The position numbers were made by a program, and so were the translations under genes. Source: Raja brachyura (lineage: Eukaryota). Taken from it: a stretch of 64,000 nucleotides of DNA. The stretch is taken from NCBI GenBank assembly GCA_963514005.1, contig OY740794.1, positions 19,096,001 to 19,160,000 on the forward strand, written 5' to 3'. Shown piece by piece: positions 25,410-37,958 of the stretch. Below the pieces are notes generated by a model that saw only the letters and a list, made by a program, of their open reading frames with translations, was not told the origin of the DNA and did not search any database. How positions within the stretch are numbered: position 1 is the first letter of the stretch; every line of letters starts with the position of its first letter.

Positions 25410-26951
25410 TCTATACATAACTAGAGCTCTGATCTTGTTATTTTCCGGTTCGTGCGGTCTTTCTATTTGCGTAAAAACGGTACACAATAGCGCTACGATT
25501 TTTTGCCAGCTTACTCACCGTTCTCCTCTGCTGCGAGTGTACCAAGTTATGTTCTGATAGGTGGTCTAATGTAAAAGTTAGCGCGGTCGATCTATTCTCC
25601 TGCCAATCGGCGTTGCGTTGATTGCTCTTTTCTCCTGTCATTCCGCGGGGCGGTCCGACCCTTCCTGTGCCATCCAATCTTTACTGCAGCTGAGGGAGGC
25701 TCTGGATGGCCAGCGGAGGTCTCCAACCAGATATAATTTCGGAGGGACCGGAAGCGGCCCCGCCCAGCATAGCCTTGCGCGGAGTCGGAGATGCCGCCAA
25801 ACGTAAAGCGGAGACTGTGATCCCGGCGGAGGAAAACGACCAGCGACCGCTGTGAGTCCCCATCGCACCTCCAGCCTCTTCCCCTCTGGTCCCCCTCGCT
25901 GGCTCCTGCCCCTCTCCTCCGTGATACACCCTCTCCCCCATGGCTCATCCCCGTCTTTTCACACGCCACTCTCCCCCCACAACACTCCTCGCCCACACAC
26001 CCCCCGCCATCGCGTCTTTACTGGAGCTGAGGATGGCCGGTGGAGGTATCCAACCGGACACAATTTTCGGAGGGACTGGAAACGGCCCAGCGGAGAATCT
26101 GATCCCGGTGGAGGAGAACGTCCAGCGACCGGCGCCTGCTGTGAGTTTCAATTGCACCGTCAGCTTCAGCCCCTTCGCCTCTGCTCCACCTCGCTGGCTC
26201 CTGCCCCCCCCCACCCACCCCCAACAACCCCCGTCTATTCTCCGACCTCTCTCCCCCCTCCCCGCACAACCCCCTCCGCGCCACACACCCTCTCTCCCCG
26301 CTCACCAACCCCGCCCACACACCCCCGCCCTCCCCACAACCCACCCGCCACACACCCACCCCGTCACACACCGTTAGGCCATGGTTGCCAAAGCCTGAAG
26401 CCGTCCCCCTCCCCCGGCTGCAGAACGCAACAAAAGACGCAACAAGAAAGAATAAATCTCATATTTAACGTTTAAAGTATTATATTTTAAGAGTTATTCA
26501 TATTTTAAGCTTTAATAGATCCATTTTCCACTTGCTGTGCCTGTCAGCTGCACCAGCGCAGTAATACCTGCATGTTCTAAGTCACAATGGGTACCCAATG
26601 GGCGAGAATGGCTGCGCTGCCAGAGAGCCGCGAAGACAGGGTGGGGGGGAATGGAGTGAGTGCAGGACGCTCCCCCCCCCCCCCCCCCCCCCCCACACAC
26701 CACACCCACCAGCCCCCGACAATCCCCGCTTCAAGATGCCCCCCTCACCCAGAGTTTGGGGGGGGGGGGGGTGAAGGGAGGCGAGGTGGGTTCAGGGGGC
26801 ATCACAACGGGCACCCGCCAGCCGCGCCTGCGCAGTTAGAGACTATGAGTGAGTGGTGGAATATTGCGTTGAGGGAACGGGTGAGTGGTGGAATATTGCG
26901 TTGGGGAATGGGTTGCGTTGGGGGACCAGGCCTCCCGTGTTACTGGGACCC
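25410..26951 (+). mobile_element. Non-autonomous Helitron (3' CTAG lost)
   Basis: A|TCTATACATAAC start; 3' subterminal GGTGGAATATTGCGTTGGGG..GGGACCCA; internal duplication ~25680-25910 vs ~26015-26205. Confidence 0.82.
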
Positions 26952-28550
26952 AAGTGATTATTAAACTCTTCCTTCCTTGTCTCTCTGTCTCTATAGGTGC
27001 CATATTACTTGTAAAATGCTTATTTATTGGTCAATTGCAGCGTTATCTCTGATACAAGGATAGGAAAGAGGTGTCGCTGCAATGCAGGGGCATTTACTAA
27101 TGCGGAGAGAGGACAAATGAAAGCCTGATTGTCTCCATACCGATAAAGCTTCCAAAAAAATAAATATTACACATAGTCAGTCCACCCCTACAGGTTTGTT
27201 GCACCATTCATGTCTGATCTATAATTGAATGTTGCATTTATGAAAATACAACCATTATCCTCGCTCTCCGTTGCAATGCCTGGGCACATCTTATTCCACA
27301 GTGAAATTGATCTCGTCGAGAACCTGGGTTCTCTCAGCATCGCCCGTATCCCAAGAGATCAAACTTGGACAAGCAATTGCATTATTGCCCACATCTCACC
27401 GTCAACTGATGAATCATGAAGGGCAGAAATAAAAATAAAATGCTGATAGAATGGAATGGAAAACTTTATTGGTACATGTGAGTAGGCACAGTGAAATTCT
27501 TTGCTTGCACACCCAATGTATACAAATAGCAGCCATCTATGGCACTGACAAAGTTACAAAGCACGACGGCTCCTCCTTTTGTTGGGTCCCCATTGTCCTT
27601 TCTTCCTCCCCCCCCTATTGTCCATTGTTCTGCCCCCACCTCCCTCGCAGCGGTCCCCCCACGCCGGGTCCTCCATTCTTCCTTCCCCTCCCAGTTCAAG
27701 CATCATCTACAAATAGAGAGAAATGGAGTCAGGAACATTAGTAATTCTTAACAACATTGCCACTTGTCTACCTTGCATCTTTTGGCAAAGATCTTTACCT
27801 AACCATTCATCACGGCATCGAAGTCATTAACGGACATATTGAGACCCTGAGGCCTGTGTTTCCTGTGGATTGTCATCATTCATCTTAAACTGATTGGAGA
27901 ACCTTCCCTTTATTCTAACCCAGAGTACTGGACATGGTACTCCAAAGTCATGTCCTGTATTCACTCATAACTAATAAATACAGCAACAAATATTGCCAAG
28001 TGCCCACATTCAAACATTTACTTTGGAATTATTTTTGAAATGTAAATGATGTCAGCAAAAAAAAAAGGATTTGGCTCTCGGAGAAGAAATCTCTGTCAAT
28101 TGATTAGTATGGGTGTCAGGAGTTCTGGGGAGAATGCAGGAGAATGGGGTTGAGAGGGAAATATAGATCAGCCGTGATTGAATGGCGGAGTAGATTTGAT
28201 AGGCCGAATGGCTTAATTCTGCTCCCATTACTTAAAAAATTATGAATGTTGTGTAAGTGGAGCCCTCCTTACTATTGATTTGTCCAGTGCGGGATCTCTG
28301 GGATAGAATGGATTGGAAGGAGCCCTCAGAACAGAATTGCTTGAGGTATAGGTTGGTTACAATGTACCACTTACGTGCTTATAAACATTTCCTCTGTAAA
28401 GTGGATGGACTCAGAGGAAGCGGAAGATAGCCGTGGATCTGTACGGATGGAATTGGAATATCTGTGCAACACAAGGTTGGCGATGGACTGTTTTAGTTGG
28501 AGTAATCCATCAGATCATCAGAAGTCGGTGGCTTGATGGCATCAGACTAG

Positions 28551-28880
28551 AACCCCTGTCCCACGGTACGAGTTCATTCCAAGAGTTCTCCCAAGTTTGC
28601 CCTGATTTGAACTCGGAGATTTACGGTAATGGCCACTCTTCGGTACTCGGGGCTCTCGTGGACATTTTTCAATGTGTTGAAAAATCTTCACGAGTCTTCC
28701 CGTGCTTACCTGCCGTTAGCGAGTCACCCCGAGAACCTGCCGTTAGCGTTACGAGCCGCTAAGAGATGCCCCTGAACTCCGACGTACCCGCTACGTTCAT
28801 TCTCTGTGCTTACCACGAGTTTGATTTTTTTTAAACTCGGGAGATCTCTTGGAAAGTACTCGTACCATGGGACAGGGCTT
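28551..28880. mobile_element. PIF/Harbinger-type MITE, second family
   Basis: TAG|AACCCCTGTCCCACGGTACGAGT ... ACTCGTACCATGGGACAGGGCTT|TAA. Confidence 0.82.
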
Positions 28881-29056
28881 TAACAGATTGCTTGCCACTC
28901 TTGGTACAAGCTCCATGAAGATTATTCCTAGACCTCCTCACTGCAAAAACATTCAGCCCAATGGCTACATTGTGATTGCTTACATGATTTGTGACTGAAC
29001 AGGTTTATCATACACAACCAGACCACTGTTATGTTTGAAATCTGCTGAGGAAATAA

Positions 29057-29210
29057 ATGCCCGAACTGCAGAGATCAACTCCAAAGAAGGGAGCTAAGAA
29101 AGCCTTACCGAAACCTGCAAGCAAGGTGGGCAAGATGGGGGAAGGCTGAGGAAGGAGAGTTACGCCAACTACATTTACAAAGTAAAACAAGATGGCATCA
29201 AAGGCAGGCG
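29057..29210 (+). pseudogene. H2B: Truncated histone H2B pseudogene
   Basis: MPELQRSTPKKGAKKALPKPASKVGK, then after a frameshift RKESYANYIYKV.KQ, matching H2B MPEPAKSAPKKG...RKESY.IY.YKVLKQ. Confidence 0.88.
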
Positions 29211-30385
29211 ACTCTTTGCATGCTGGTCCCAGAAGTGGATCTGCAATCATTCATTACAATCACTTCACTCTTTTAAAACTTTAATTACCCTTCATCCTGT
29301 ATCTGTACGCTGTGGACAGCTTGATTGTAATCATATATAGTCTGTTCTCTGATTGGATAGCAAGCAACATAAAAGCCTTTCACTGTACCTGGGTACCAGT
29401 AAAAATAATAAAGAAAACCTTTTGATTCAAACATGTGAACGCACTTATGAAAGGTGTTTGGTTTCTTCCACTCCCTGATCTGCCTCAAAAGCAGTCTCAT
29501 ACATAGTTTTGAACGTTTTTGCCATTAATGTGGAAAATATATTTATTTTCCCCCAGACCATTCTTCATCTGATCTTGTGTAAAGCAAACAACACAGTTCC
29601 TCTGTGACAACTAACCAATATTGTTGTCCCTCATCTGCCCTCTGAAAAGACCACATGTCATTTCCTGCGTGTTCAAATCTCCAAAAACCGTGCAACCCAC
29701 CAACTCGGTATTTAAATGCAACTACCTCGGGGGAGAGTAACTGTGATGCTGTTTGTCTTTTAAAATGTGGTCAGTCAAAGTAGCCTCCTGCTGACCAGGT
29801 CAGAGCCACTGCCAAGACAGATGGTGCAGCACTCCCAAGCATCCACTTTGTGACCTTGCCGTCATCTTATCCCAGCAGTCTGGGCATTAATAAAAAAACT
29901 AAACATCTCTCGTGCGAAGTAACGACCCTCTTAAGAATAAGATTAATCTAGTGGTGTTGACATAGTTTTGCTTTGCACAGCAGGACAGCGGGCTTCTCAG
30001 AAATGCCAGCATCATTAAATAAATTCGCAACAGCTTTAAAAAAAAAGTTGGTGCTTGAAGCAGACTTCACTGTAAATACACTCTAGGAAATAGACAAGTG
30101 ACGTTGGCACTCAAGTGGAGAATGCGATTAAACTCTTAGCAATTAGAAATGAGGCCAGGTGGCACCAGCTTGGATTTGCTCCACAACCGCATGTAATCTC
30201 TCTCCACTTCTCATTAACAATTGTCCCAACTATGATGAATTACTCTTTGTACTTTGTGTCAAATTTTGCTTTGGACCGCTTTTTTTTGGTAAAAAAACGT
30301 TTTTGCTCTTAAAAGAGAATGTCCAAAAAAAAATAATAATTTAACCCCAGGTTAGCGCAGAGATTTGTAAAGTTCATTTTCCACT

Positions 30386-30398
30386 CCAGTAGATGGCA
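30386..30398 (+). promoter_or_regulatory. Candidate CTCF site
   Basis: CCAGTAGATGGCA matches the core CCASYAGRKGGCR, in repeat-free sequence. Confidence 0.4.
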
Positions 30399-31219
30399 AA
30401 GCAATTCTTAATGCTTAATGAATAGCATCTATCTTTAGTCAAAGTCAGCTTGTGTTTGCAGCTGCTGACTGTTTAGGAGTTGACTGGGTAGCTGTTCTGT
30501 GCAGTGATTACCAATGCACGTTATTCTAATGGCAACAGATTATCGGTGTTACTGAAAGATGCCTTCTGTCCTTGATAATTTTATTTCACATAAAGGATAT
30601 TCGATGTGTAAAATATTTGCATGTTGGAGAATCTCTCATTGTTTGTTTGATGAAATATGACAACATTTTCCTCTTTATATTTAACACTACATGTATTTGC
30701 AGGTTTCTCTTTATTCCTCACAGTGCTGTTCTATCCAACTGACACCCTATTTGCAAAGAGGATTATTATCTTTATAGTATATTGAGGCTTTTCTGAACTT
30801 TACTTCACCTATTCACTCACTTGGACATGGAGCTTCAAGTAAACCCAACCTTTATTTATGACACTGTGTCGGGGTAACTCAGTCATTCAGGCAGTAAGCA
30901 TGAGCTCCATAGACGCTGCCTCGCCCACTGAGTTTCTCCAGCACTTTGTGCTTTGCTCAAAATTGCAGCATCTGCAGTTTCTTGTATCTATCGTTATTCA
31001 TGACAAGTTACTCTTCAGATGACCTGCAAGTATCATATACACATTATTAGAAGAGATTATCACTGAATATTGTTTATTTAAGTTATCTCATCCATATGGT
31101 AATTATTTCTGTAATGCCTAAAAGCTGGGTGATATTATCTCACACTGGCCACATCACTCATTTGAGAACCTTACAGGAGTGGAAGAAGGTCATGCTTGAC
31201 CTCAAGGGACTTCTTCAGA

Positions 31220-31620
31220 AGGTCACAAAGTGCTGGAGTAACTCAGCAGGTCAGGCAGCACCTCTGGAGAACATGATTGGTGATGTTCTGGGTCGAGACC
31301 CTTCTTCGGACTGATGCACAGGGAGGAGAAGAAAGCTGGAAAAGGGGACAAAACATGGCAGGTAATCGGTACTGTGCCAGGTAATATGCAAAGGGATTTT
31401 TTGTTAGGCAGATGGCAGGATTCCAGGTGAGCCATCGGGGAGGAAAGGGGGCTGAAAGAGAGAGAGAGAGGTGGGGGGGGGGGGGGGTGAGGATGAAGGA
31501 GGGAAGGTTGGTGGTGGATTATACGGAGGTCACCCTAAAATTGGAGAATTTAATGTTAATACTGTTGGGTAGTAAGCTATCCAAGCAGAATATAAAGTGC
31601 TGCTCCTCCAGTTTGCATGT
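31220..31620 (-). mobile_element. Penelope-like element 3' remnant
   Basis: KLEEQHFIFCLDSL..INIKFSNF (GIY-YIG ORF end) followed by a hammerhead-like core (31278-31312) and the family tail. Confidence 0.8.
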
Positions 31621-32270
31621 GGAGATCAATGTACACCTAAGAAGATAGATGTACACTACACTAATCTCCCCTTAAAGGAAAGAAATAAGTGAACAATGCT
31701 GAACAAGCCAATACATGTTTTTGTACTAGAGACTTATATACTCCAGTACGTCAACAAGTTCAATTGTAAATAAGAAACATAAAATGTTGGGAGTAGCACA
31801 GCAGGTCAGGCAGCATCTGTGAAGAAATGTCAGCTATCCATGTCTTCCAGAGATGCTGCCTGACCCATTGAGTTACTCCAGCAATTTTTTTTTTTTTTCG
31901 TAAACCAGCATCCAAGGTCAATCGTAAGCTTGAATATTCAGTTAGATTTCCAAGAGAATGCCGCCACCTACGGCCTTCATTTTTGGCCACCTCGCACAGA
32001 GCCCCCTTCCGCCATCCGGGACCAGAGGATTTTTCCCATTGATGAAAAATCAGAGAGATATTAAAGTTTTTAACAAATTCCCCATTCTCACTGCTGCCCC
32101 TGCTGAAGGGAGGGGGAGGGACTATAAAACCAGGAAGTGGCGTGCCTCACTCAGTTTCTGCAAGATAGAGAAACATGAGGGTCACGTCTCTCTGAGCTCT
32201 GAATAGCACTGGACACATGTATACTCAACTGTGAGTGCCCTTAATGTGGTTTGAAAATGAAAATATGGTT

Positions 32271-32460
32271 GGTTTGAAGTGAAAAGGCACGACTGCAAAT
32301 GGTGGCTTGTGTGCTTTGGCTTGAAGAGGACAGGCACGACTGCAAATGGTGGCTTGGGGGCTTTGGTTTGAAGTGAAAAGGCACGACTGCAAATGGTGAC
32401 TTGGGGGCTTTGGCTTGAAGTGAAAAGGTACAACTGCAAATGGTGGCTTGGGTGCTTTGG
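32271..32460. repeat. 47-bp tandem repeat x4
   Basis: Units start at 32271, 32318, 32365 and 32412. Confidence 0.95.
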
Positions 32461-32810
32461 CTAAATTCCTGTTTGCACTGTATATTGATTTTAGATAAAA
32501 CGATACCACTTACGGTTGTGATTTTTGGCCATCTTACTCAGTCCCCCTCCGCTCAGCAGGTGCAGAGGATTCTTCCCATCAATGAAAAATAAAAGTGTTA
32601 TTAGTGTTTAAAAAATGTTGCGAATCTCTCTCCTGTCATGAAGGCCACACCTTTTCCAGTGGGAGGGGGAGGGGTTATAAAACCCGGAAGTGTGGGTGTG
32701 GCTCAGTCTCATGATGGGGGAGGGAGAGGTCATGACTGTCTGAGCTGTGAATAAACTGAACACACTGAATGTCTACTGAACTGTGTGTTTGGTGTTTTTT
32801 GTGGTTGTTT

Positions 32811-33115
32811 CACCCTGCTTGAAATGGTATGAAACTGCATTTGAATGTGGTGGCCTTGCACCCTGCATGAAATGGTATGAAACTGCATTTGAATGTGGTG
32901 GCGTTGCACCCTGCATGAAATGGTATGAAGCTGCATTTGAATTTGGTGGCCTTGCACCCTGCTTGAAGTGGTAAGAAACTGCACTTGAATTTGGTGGCCA
33001 TGCACCCTGTTCGAAGTGGTAAGAAACTGCACTTGAATTTGGTGGCCTTGCACCCTGCTTGAAATGGTAGGAAAATCGATTTGAATTTGGTGGCTTTGCA
33101 CCCTGCTTGAAATGG
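32811..33115. repeat. 48-bp tandem repeat x~6.4
   Basis: CACCCTGCTTGAAATGGTATGAAACTGCATTTGAATGTGGTGGCCTTG units start at 32811, 32859, ... 33099. Confidence 0.95.
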
Positions 33116-33599
33116 AATTTCAAGGAATAGACATGAGCCAACTGCCAGCCCACTAGTCGTGAGTGAGCTGCCAGCACATCAGGCTTGAGGGACTGAGCTG
33201 CCACCCCAAGAACCCATACCAGCGTTCCAGAAAGCTCCCCCACAGGCCACCAATATTGAAATTGGTGGAGAGGTGGAATATTGCATCGGGGGACCAGCCC
33301 TCCCGTGCGAACATGAGACCCAATGGGCCCCGCTTAATCTAGTGCCATTATATAAATATATACACACATGAATAAATAAACTGATAAAGTGCAAATAACA
33401 GATAATGGGTTATTTGCTTCATAATTCAACAGTCTGCTGCTTGTTGACAACTGTTCTAAGTTTCTGACCATTTATTTTAACCATGATTTTGAACTCTCGC
33501 AGTCTTTTCTTGGATTGCCATCCTATATATTCCATTTTTGCTGCTTCTGTCATCTGGTTTTAAGCTCCCAGATTGAATGTACTAATCTTTCACAGAATC

Positions 33600-34215
33600 A
33601 TTGACACAAACAGCATGGAAACAGGCCTTTTGGCCCATCGCCGTGCAGACCATTGATCACACCAACACACTAATTCTGTTATCTGTTTTCGCACCTATTC
33701 CCTATACACTATGGACAATTTACAGAGACCAATTAATCTACAAACCCACAGGTCTTTGGGATATGGGAGGAAATCGGAGCACCCAAAGGGAACCCGTGCA
33801 GTCACAGAGAGAATGTGCAAACTCCACAAAGACAGTAAGGGCGGCACTGTGGTGCAGCGACAGAGCTGCTGCCTTACTGCGCCGGAGACCCGGATTCGAT
33901 CCCGGCATTGGGTATTGTCTAAACAGTGTTTGTACATTCTCCCTATGACCATGTGAGTTTTCTCCAAAATCTTTGCTTTCCTCTCACACCAAAGACATAC
34001 AGGTTTATAGGTTAATTGGCCTGGTATACTTCTAAATTGTCCCTAGTGTGATAGTATTAATGTGCGGGGATCGCCGGTCGGTGCGGACTCAGCGGGCTGC
34101 AGGACCTGTTTCCGTGCTATATCTCTAAACTAAACTAAACTAAACCGAGATCAAGATCAAAACTGGGTCCCTGGTGCAGTGAGGCAGCAGCTCTACCAGA
34201 TGCATCTCTGTGCTG
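33600..34215. mobile_element. HE1 SINE (+, ~33839-34145) nested in an opposite-strand HE1 SINE
   Basis: The minus copy is split into tail/core (33600-33835) and head (34146-34215) around a complete plus copy ending (TAAAC)n. Confidence 0.85.
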
Positions 34216-34899
34216 CCTTTATTGTTCTTTTGGGCATGACTTCTACTTTATGACTCTTCTGCAAAATTGCAATCCCAACCAGCCCTTTTTTTCTGTAATC
34301 AGGGACTTGCATATATCCTTTCCTTGTCACCTGTGTGGTGCATTGAAGATTTATCAGGGTCATCACTCATTCATACACTGAGACTTGGAGTATTGCGTGG
34401 ATGTACCTTTTTATTGTGGCAGACTTCAGCTCATACCAAGAATGTTAATCATGTGGCATGCTTTCATAAGATAGTTTCACTTAACAGCTAATGGACATAC
34501 ACCACATCATAAAACATGCATTATATGTAATGCAAATAAATGGAACCTGGAATTAAATCTTGCCAATTTAAACATCCCCTAGTGTTTTAATCCCAAAATT
34601 TAGAATCTACCCAGTTGGTAGCTTCACTGTTCGGAAAGAATTACAATCAAATGTTTCAATAAACTCCAACAAGATATTTTAATTCGTGCTGTTTGTTGAA
34701 TGAATGTGAGTATTGTGTATCTGATTAAAGAACCTAATTATTAATTTGTCGTAGCTCCTCCATGGATTTATCATCTTTCTCCATGATATTGTGGTAAAAG
34801 ATGTAATAGTGCACACTACACGCATTGCTCAAGATAATACCAGAGCAGTATTGTTTCAAGTAATATCATACACTGGTTTAATTCTGCTCTTTTGAGTGA

Positions 34900-35722
34900 A
34901 GTGACGGGGGGTAAGGGGGGGAACCGCTTTTGGTCGCCTCCTCCACGGAGAGGCGACTTTTTCCATGTCGCCTCCCACGCGGCCTAACCCCATGGATTCG
35001 TGCGGCCTTCCCCGGAGTCGGGCCCGGAGTTTCAGCAGCGGGCGCAGCGTGGACTTTTCATCGTGGAGCGGGCGAGCCCTTGCCGGGGTCGCCAGAAGGG
35101 AGTGCTCCGATTGCTGGCCCACGGACTGTTACAACCTGAAGCCGCGGTCTGTGGCGCTTCTAATCGTGGGCACGGCGTCTGGAGCCTGGGATCCCTTGCT
35201 AGGGATCGCTGGAGAAGAGCTCCGACCGCTGGCCCGTGGCCGATAACCCTAGAAGCCGCGATCTGCGGAGCTTCTAGCCGCGGGCACAGCGTGGACTTAC
35301 CATCTGGAGCCTGGGTTCCCTCGCCGGGGATTGCCAGAGAAGAGCTCCGACCGCCGGCCTGCGACCTACAACATCCTGAAGCCACGGCCTCCGGTAGGAA
35401 AGCGCCGATTGGGGACCTCCAAGCGGAGTGTGTTCGACCGTCCTGACGTCGGAGTTTCAACCATCCCGACGAGAGGGCCTGTACGTCGGGCCGTCCGTAG
35501 CGGCGACTACGGAGGTTTATGGCCCCGAACACGGGGGAACAATGGAGGAGCACTGACTGTACTTTGTGTCTTCCAACCCAGTGAAGAATGCTGTGGTGGA
35601 TGTTTGTGTTTCATTTTATTGTGTATTGTGTGTTTTTTGATTGTACCGCTGCTGGCAAATTCATTTCACTGCACTTATATGTGTATGTGATGAATAAAAC
35701 TGATTGATTGGTTGATTGATTG
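34900..35722 (+). mobile_element. GC-rich non-autonomous retroelement with L2-type tail
   Basis: Internal ~115-125-bp repeats (GAAGAGCTCCGACCGC..GAAGCCGCG); tail ATTTCACTGCAC..GTGATGAATAAAAC(TGAT)n. Confidence 0.65.
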
Positions 35723-36267
35723 AAGCACAAGAGAAAGGAAAATTATAATTTAGGAAATGTGTCCTATAGGACACCTTTTAAAAGTCCATTACACATCATC
35801 AACCGTACTATCCCCGCCATCCTCTCTACTCGTTCTTCAAAGAGCTTTTCATAAGCTCACAAACTGGTATTATTCAGACACAAGGAACTGCAGTTGCTGG
35901 ACTACAATAAAAAGACATATAGTGCTGGCGTAACTCAATGGTTCACGAAGAAATAGATAGGGGACAATTTGAATAGGGACCCTATATCTGACTAACTGTT
36001 GTTGGGGGAGGGGGTTAAAGCCTGGCAAGTGATAGGTGGAGATACAAGGAACTGTATACAAGATACAAGGAACAAGATACAAAGATGCTGGTTTACAAAA
36101 TAAGACACAATGTGGTGGAGTAATACAGTGAGTTAGGCAACATCCCAGGAGAACACGGATAAGTGATGTTTTGAATCTGGACACTTATTAAATTCTAAAG
36201 AACATGAAGGGGGGGTTTGATTGTTAGATGTGCGGACAAAAGCTAGAGATGAAAATCAAACGAAAGG

Positions 36268-36570
36268 CTTCTTCTTGCGTTTGAGGCAACAGAGGTTATG
36301 TAACGCTCTCCCGGTGCTGTAGCCAGTTCAATGTGCTGTTGTCGAGGACCGGGAGGTCTACTGCTCCACCAGGGGGGCGGAGGACAGCGCAGTCGAAAAT
36401 GACGTGATGCGCTGTTTCCAGGCCTGCTACACACACAGGCTGCTGATGAATGCAACCCGCAGCGATGCATGTTGGCGTTGAACCGGCCTCTACGGAGCCG
36501 GTTCAGGGCGACCCACTCTTTGCAGGGCAGGTCCGAGCTGGGTGGAGCTGTGGTGTTCGATGCAACAGTG
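36268..36570 (-). mobile_element. Ingi/Vingi-like LINE 3' fragment
   Basis: EWVALNRLRRGRFNANMHRCGL..AACVC...HFRLRCP (CCHC-type end) and a (GAA)n tail. Confidence 0.6.
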
Positions 36571-37958
36571 AACAAAAAGGCTGTAATATAGGGAAAGAAG
36601 AGGAGTGAAATGGAAGGGGACAGGAGGAGGTGGAAAGGGATGGGGGCAGGATAGTGGGAGAAGTGGGTGCACATTTGGATGGAGCACAGGGCTGGCTGTT
36701 ATTCTTTTGTCCATAACTTTCTAAATGATCAATGGTACAGCTTGGAAACCAAAGACTTTTAGACTTCAATGGTGGCAATAATCTCAATGATGTATTTTAA
36801 TTTATTTCTTGTATGTTACCAAGGTGTAAGTAGGTGCACCCAGACTATATTCACAATGCCTAACATTAGCAATCTAGATCAAATTCCTAGTTTAGATCGC
36901 CCATTGTAAATTATGGTAATTTCTGGATTCGACGTGTACAAACTAGGACTCGAGGCACAATGAACAGAATGAACAGAAGGCATTTCGGATCATATCCCAA
37001 CTGATTGTCGTACGGAGGAGAAAGCTGGAAAAGAAAAGTGGGGACAGGACACAGAGTGTCAAACATGGTTGTAGAACAAGGGAGCAGCAGGAGTCACAGA
37101 GCAGGAGCAGTGAGGGAGAGTCTCACACAACTGCAATCGGAGAGAGGAGAACTTCTCCAAAATGGAGCACGAATTACTGGAGTAACTCAGCGGATCATGC
37201 AGCATCTCTGGAGAACAAGGAAAGGGGACGTTTTGGGTCAAGGCCCTTCTTCAGACTGACCTGAAACGTTACATGTCTATGCTCTTCAGAGATGTTGCCT
37301 GACCCACTGCACTTTGTGTCCTATTGTGCAATCCAGCATCTGCAGTTCCTTGATTCTACATTCTCAAAGTGGACATACTTTGAGGAGATTTTGCAGTGCA
37401 ACAGTATAGTGGAATTAACTGGTTAATGTGCAGCTACTGTCATTGTGAAGATGGCAATAAGCAACACATCATGGATCAGTGAACCACCTGGTGTTCAATT
37501 CAGAAACATAAAGGAACAATGCACCCTGTAAACCCTGATGCATTCAGCTACCTTCAACATCTTGGTGCAAAATGAAAGATGTTGCTCTGTTGTTACATCA
37601 GGCAGCCATGTGAAAGAGAGAAAACAATTTAAACTAAACCTTTTATGTCTAAAATCACTTTAATGTCAAGGCTATAAAATGTCCTGGATTGCTGCTTAAG
37701 AATGGAAGTCAACCCCTAGTTCAGAGAAACTCTAACATTCAAAGCCACTTCCTAGGTTCATTATTCAACAAAATTTGATAACTAATTTTAGGATGAGACA
37801 AAATAGGCTTGACAATTCAAAGCCTAGTCAAAAGCGACAGAAAGAAGCATCTTAAATGAGGAAGGAGAAGTGTAGGGATGGAGCTCCTGAACAAGTTCTC
37901 TGATGCACTTTATCGCTAATTGATTAATAATTCACTGTGATTTCTGCACAAATACTAA

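Larger units (their letters stand above)
31955..33342 (+). mobile_element. Non-autonomous Helitron, two-module composite
   Basis: 3' hairpin GAGACCCA-A-TGGGCCCC (33315-33331) then CTAG|T at 33339-33343; two related heads (~31960, ~32480), each followed by a minisatellite. Confidence 0.8.

Noticed and set aside
32271-33115. CRISPR-like or repeat-protein appearance of the 47/48-bp arrays
   Set aside because: Contiguous tandem units with no unique spacers, no cas genes, eukaryotic context.
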